From the NCBI RefSeq assembly GCF_001194135.2, contig NC_068999.1, positions 50,330,911 through 50,370,321 of the forward strand: a stretch of 39,411 bases of DNA, given 5' to 3'. Both the position numbers and the translations under genes were made by a program. The stretch's first letter is position 1. Every line of letters starts with the position of its first letter. The notes below the pieces were generated by a model. The model saw nothing but the letters and a program-made list of their open reading frames with translations, ran no database searches and was not told where the DNA came from. The stretch comes from Octopus bimaculoides. Its lineage: Eukaryota. Shown piece by piece: positions 35,067 to 39,411 of the stretch.

Positions 35067-36223
35067 AATAATAATAATAATGTTTATGGCTGGCATCAGC
35101 TTTTTCGCAGAATCTGTATGGCGTGTAGTTATATTTTCTACGTTAGCTTAGGCTCCAGCCTGCTGGTTATTTGTATAATATTGCAATAAAAAAGAAAAGA
35201 AAGAAAAAAAACTAATAGGTGCATGATATGGCACGTCATTATTCATTATGAGTCACATATCAAGCAAATATTCTAATTTAGATATTGTAAGCACCTTAGG
35301 CCTGTGCATCCAAGTTTGAATATATTAGCTGGATGATAGCTTTAATGAGCCTTAATGAGATAAGAAACATCTAAATCAGGAATGGCTGCACACATATGTT
35401 GCGATAAAAGAAACCATATAGCGCTATGGAATGATATTTCCATAATTTATCTAGAATTTACGGCGATAACTTAGAAACATCAAAGAAGTCGTATATATAA
35501 TGCTTTCTTTATTGCGAAATAGTATATATAATGCTTGCAAATAAGCTAATCCGTAATCTCACAGCTAACACCAGTCCACCAGGCTCTTATTGAAAGATAC
35601 ATTTAAATAATGAGCAATATTTACAGCGCATGCGTTAATGACCTATCACGGGGGCAAAAAAAAAAAAAAATCTTAATTTTTTATATCATTGACCCTTTTA
35701 CAGAATCGTTGATAATTTATCGACATCCATCAAGTAAATTTAGAAAATAATCTTAAAATTAGAATTAATAAAAATTTTGTTGATTTAAAAACAATAATTT
35801 CTTCTTGTGTTGTTACCACTTTTTAGTTAAAATTATTTAAAGAAATTTAATGAAAATACTTAACAAACTTGGACAACAAACATTCAGTCATTGATATAGC
35901 CGGAATATTTAATGTTTATTTATCCCTTGGATTTTAACATGCCCTCCTGCTTAGGGGTCAATGTTCACCACTTTGTTCCTGTCAAAGCGGTGAGCTGCTC
36001 AACATATTCTAATAGCATGTCACCGATCGAATTTGAATTTCATGACAATATAAAGTGTGACTCGTACATGAGTTTACGTAACATCGCCACCATATATTCT
36101 TTCTTTCCGGTGCGAGAGACGAACACTTTGGTATGCGTATTTCTGCACCCGATATGTTTGTTGATAGATGCGTCTCTGTGTGTACAGGAACATTGTTTGA
36201 TTGTAAATGCTAAGGTGTTTTAA

Positions 36224-36451
36224 CCCTTCTGATACCAACCCAACCCAACTGAAACCGCTTCTCGCTCTGTAGTATAAATGGCTTCTTTTTGAAAAGATCT
36301 GAATAAAAATCTTCCACCAAACCTTAGTCACAATTTATGTTCCTAACACTAGCTTAATGATAATTAAGTAATTTTACGAAATTCTTAGTTATATTTAAAA
36401 TTGATTGAAAGAAACACAGAGCATCTCAATAGAAATATGGTAACAAAAGGG
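36224..36451. mobile_element. piggyBac-type MITE with TTAA TSD
   Basis: TTAA (36220-23) CCCTTCTGATACCA ... TGGTAACAAAAGGG TTAA (36452-55); TIRs match 12/14. Confidence 0.88.
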
Positions 36452-36570
36452 TTAAATTTGGAACTTTACAAAATAGCGTCACTCACAGTATACCTCAACA
36501 AATAAGCAGTTATTATCCAGAATAAAGAAAAAAACTTACTTTTTTAAAGATCAAATAGACTATATTTATT

Positions 36571-36612
36571 TGACATGTTCATGACATGTCAATGACATGT
36601 CAAGACATGTTC
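36571..36612. promoter_or_regulatory. Four tandem GACATGT decamers resembling p53-family half-sites
   Basis: TGACATGTTC 36571, TGACATGTCA 36582, TGACATGTCA 36593, AGACATGTTC 36603. The last two are directly adjacent and match RRRCWWGYYY x2 at 18/20. Confidence 0.35.
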
Positions 36613-37535
36613 CTGAAATTCGGAAACTAAATCTATGATCCAGTATTTCCACCATTGGCCCTGTCAAGCGGACGCGATCAATCGAAAGTTCGATGTATGT
36701 ATTTACCAATTCCATTCGATTATTGAAGGATTGCTTTCTCCCAGTCAATTTTTAATTGAAGTTCAGTTATGAACATCTCCGTCGTGTGTGTAGGTAGGTC
36801 TTCAAACTGCATCTGCTCGTATTTTCAATGGTATATGAAAACCAGCACAGAAAAAATGTTTTGAAAGAATTACCTATCACATAAATGCCCTTTGCAATAA
36901 TAATATTATCACTCGCATTAACGCAATTGTTGCATCAACCATTGGACTATAACATGATAGAATAAGAAAATATTTATCGTAATATTAAGAACAAATTACA
37001 ATCAAAGTATGCTATTAAAACGAAGAGATTCAGTGACTGCACATACTGCAGCAACGTAGAATAATTTAATAAGGTAGCTATCAAAGTTGTACATTTCTTT
37101 TGTAATTAAATAAAAATCTGTTCTATGCTATAACAACATGAAAAGCAATAAATTAATCTTCACTCTGGATTATTATTCCAATTCAAATATAAAAGCTCGG
37201 ACAATGATTTCAATGGATATTAAAATAGCACCTTTTGATGACTTTAGCTAAAAATTATAACAATATAATTCTATGTAGTCAATATATTCACGAACCAAAT
37301 ACGCTATATATGAAGAAAAGAAGTAATTTATCGCACGAAAACATCCAGCCTAGTTCGGATTACAGGAGCTGCGATATTTGATACGGAAATGAAAACAGGC
37401 GGGCATCGTTACATTCGTTAAAAGAGATTCATTCACAGGTTTAACATTATGGAAGATATTTATGAAGTAGCTTTCTCGAAATAATGCACCACATCGATTA
37501 AGATACATATCACTTAGGTGCATAATAGCATATTG

Positions 37536-37944
37536 ATTTCAAATTTTGGCACAAGATTTGGAGGTGGGGTAAGTCGATTACAAAGACCCCTAGTGCTCAA
37601 CTGGTACTTATTTTATGGACCTCCGAAAGGGTGAAAGGCAAAGTCGACCTCGACGGAATTTGAACTTAGAACTTGAAGACAGACGAAATGCCGCTAAGTA
37701 TTTTGTCCCGTCTTATTCTTCGGAAATATTGTATTCAAAAGTTTGGCACAAGGTCAGAAATTGTGGGGGAGGGTTCAAGTCGATTACAACGAACCCCAGG
37801 GCTCAAATGGTACTTATTTTATCAATTCCGAAAGGACGAAAGGCAAAGTCGACTTCGGCAGAATTCGAACTTAAAACGTGCAGACGGATAAAATGCTGCT
37901 AAACATTTCGCCCGGCATGCTAACGATTCTACAATCTTGCCACC
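37536..37944 (-). mobile_element. Two head-to-tail family M SINE copies (37536-37712 and 37735-37944)
   Basis: Both carry TTGGCACAAG, AGTCGATTACAA, TGGTACTTATTTTAT and GAAAGGCAAAGTCGAC; they are diverged from each other. Confidence 0.85.
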
Positions 37945-38851
37945 TTATTCTGCAGAAAAACTGATGAAAAATTGAATCACAGTCAATCACAAAACAAATG
38001 TAAACAAAAGCAAACAAATACAAACAAATGCAAACAAATGTAATTGAAACATTTATAAAGGAATCCAAGGTAAAATTAGATTATAAGATAAGGATAAATA
38101 TTTTGCTATAATTTCAAAATCAGAATCCCATCACCAGCAATAATATACATGTGCTTATCGTATATATCATTATATAATTTAAACTTATATTGTGATCGTA
38201 GGGATTCCGTTAGCTTTCGTTATTGCTATGATCCCTTAAACGTATTTCACAAAAAAAAAGAAAGAAAATGTAATTATTTTTTATTTCGCCTTTATATTCT
38301 GGATCAGCGAAACAATAAGGGGTGTAGTTATAAAACTGAAAATAAAAGAGAAAGAGACCATTTATATTTCCATATTTATAGAATCGAATGGATTTTATAG
38401 CAGATTTAGAGGCTCGGAATTCTATACAATCACAACAGATTTATAAACATTAAATATTTATTACAATCCTATAAATACAAATGAAGATGACGCAAAATGG
38501 AACAGATAAACTCCCACAGACACAGATACACACATACACAGACACACACAAGCACACACACACATCAACACAAACACATATCAACACAAACACACATGTC
38601 CTCACGCATACACAAGCACAATGCACATATGGATAAATATATAAAAGAATTCGTTACAAGGATACACTCTGGATGACTATATGTAGGCGAGAATACATTC
38701 TATCACTCCAGCTTTCATCTATATTAATTTATTTCGTTCATTTGTTTGTTTCTATCTATCTATCTATCTATCTATCTATTAGTCAAAATTTCTTTCGTTC
38801 ACTCTCTAGCTCTGTCACTATCGTTCTCTTTTTCTCCCCAGTAAGTATATG

Positions 38852-38886
<35 letters not shown>

Positions 38887-39361
38887 CTTCACACATAGAC
38901 ACACATGCATATATTTATTAAACTTTCAAATCATTCGGAAAATAATTACATTAACAACTGGAGAAACATGTTTTATATTATGCATAAATATACATGCAGG
39001 CTTTGCTCCACCGTACATGCAGCCATTCAACATAGACAAATATATACGTGTGTGTATGTATACAAACATACATACATATGTATATATATGATGTATGGAT
39101 GTATGTACACACACACACGCACACACATATATCTATATATATGTATATATACATATTTATATTTACATGAGGCGCACATACATGCATAAAAATATGCATG
39201 CATATTTAATATAGATAAGCATTATGTGCAATATATATTAAATATATGTTACATATATATTTCATACATGTTCTTATATTGCATACTCTTCCCCTCACGC
39301 GCACACATAGGTACGCACATATACACACACACACAAATATATACATACATTCACAGAACGA

Positions 39362-39411
<50 letters not shown>

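Overview
Eukaryotic, AT-rich, repeat-dominated DNA from a gapped draft assembly. There are 13 N-gaps (3178-3590, 4892-5314, 9264-9399, 12128-12607, 15495-16425, 18488-18665, 21889-21902, 22184-22193, 22323-22424, 25651-25660, 26131-26140, 27354-27556, 28760-28892), nearly all flanked by microsatellites. The SINE families and microsatellite load look like an octopus genome; this is recall, not a database result. No intact protein-coding gene is recognisable, and almost all ORFs in the track are microsatellite or gap read-throughs. Supported content: many tRNA-derived SINEs from about four modular families; three R4/Dong-type non-LTR retrotransposon copies at (TAA)n tracts; older LINE remnants; piggyBac-, Tigger/pogo- and hAT-type MITEs; and a Penelope-like remnant. 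The most notable signal is a set of type I hammerhead-ribozyme folds: 19692-19772, 21032-21078, 26045-26227, a degenerate one at 27253-27303, and one split across strands at 13330-13407. Two share GAAACA-C-GTAAG and an unusually long stem II. A few weak minus-strand exon candidates hint that the window may be intronic, but this is unproven.
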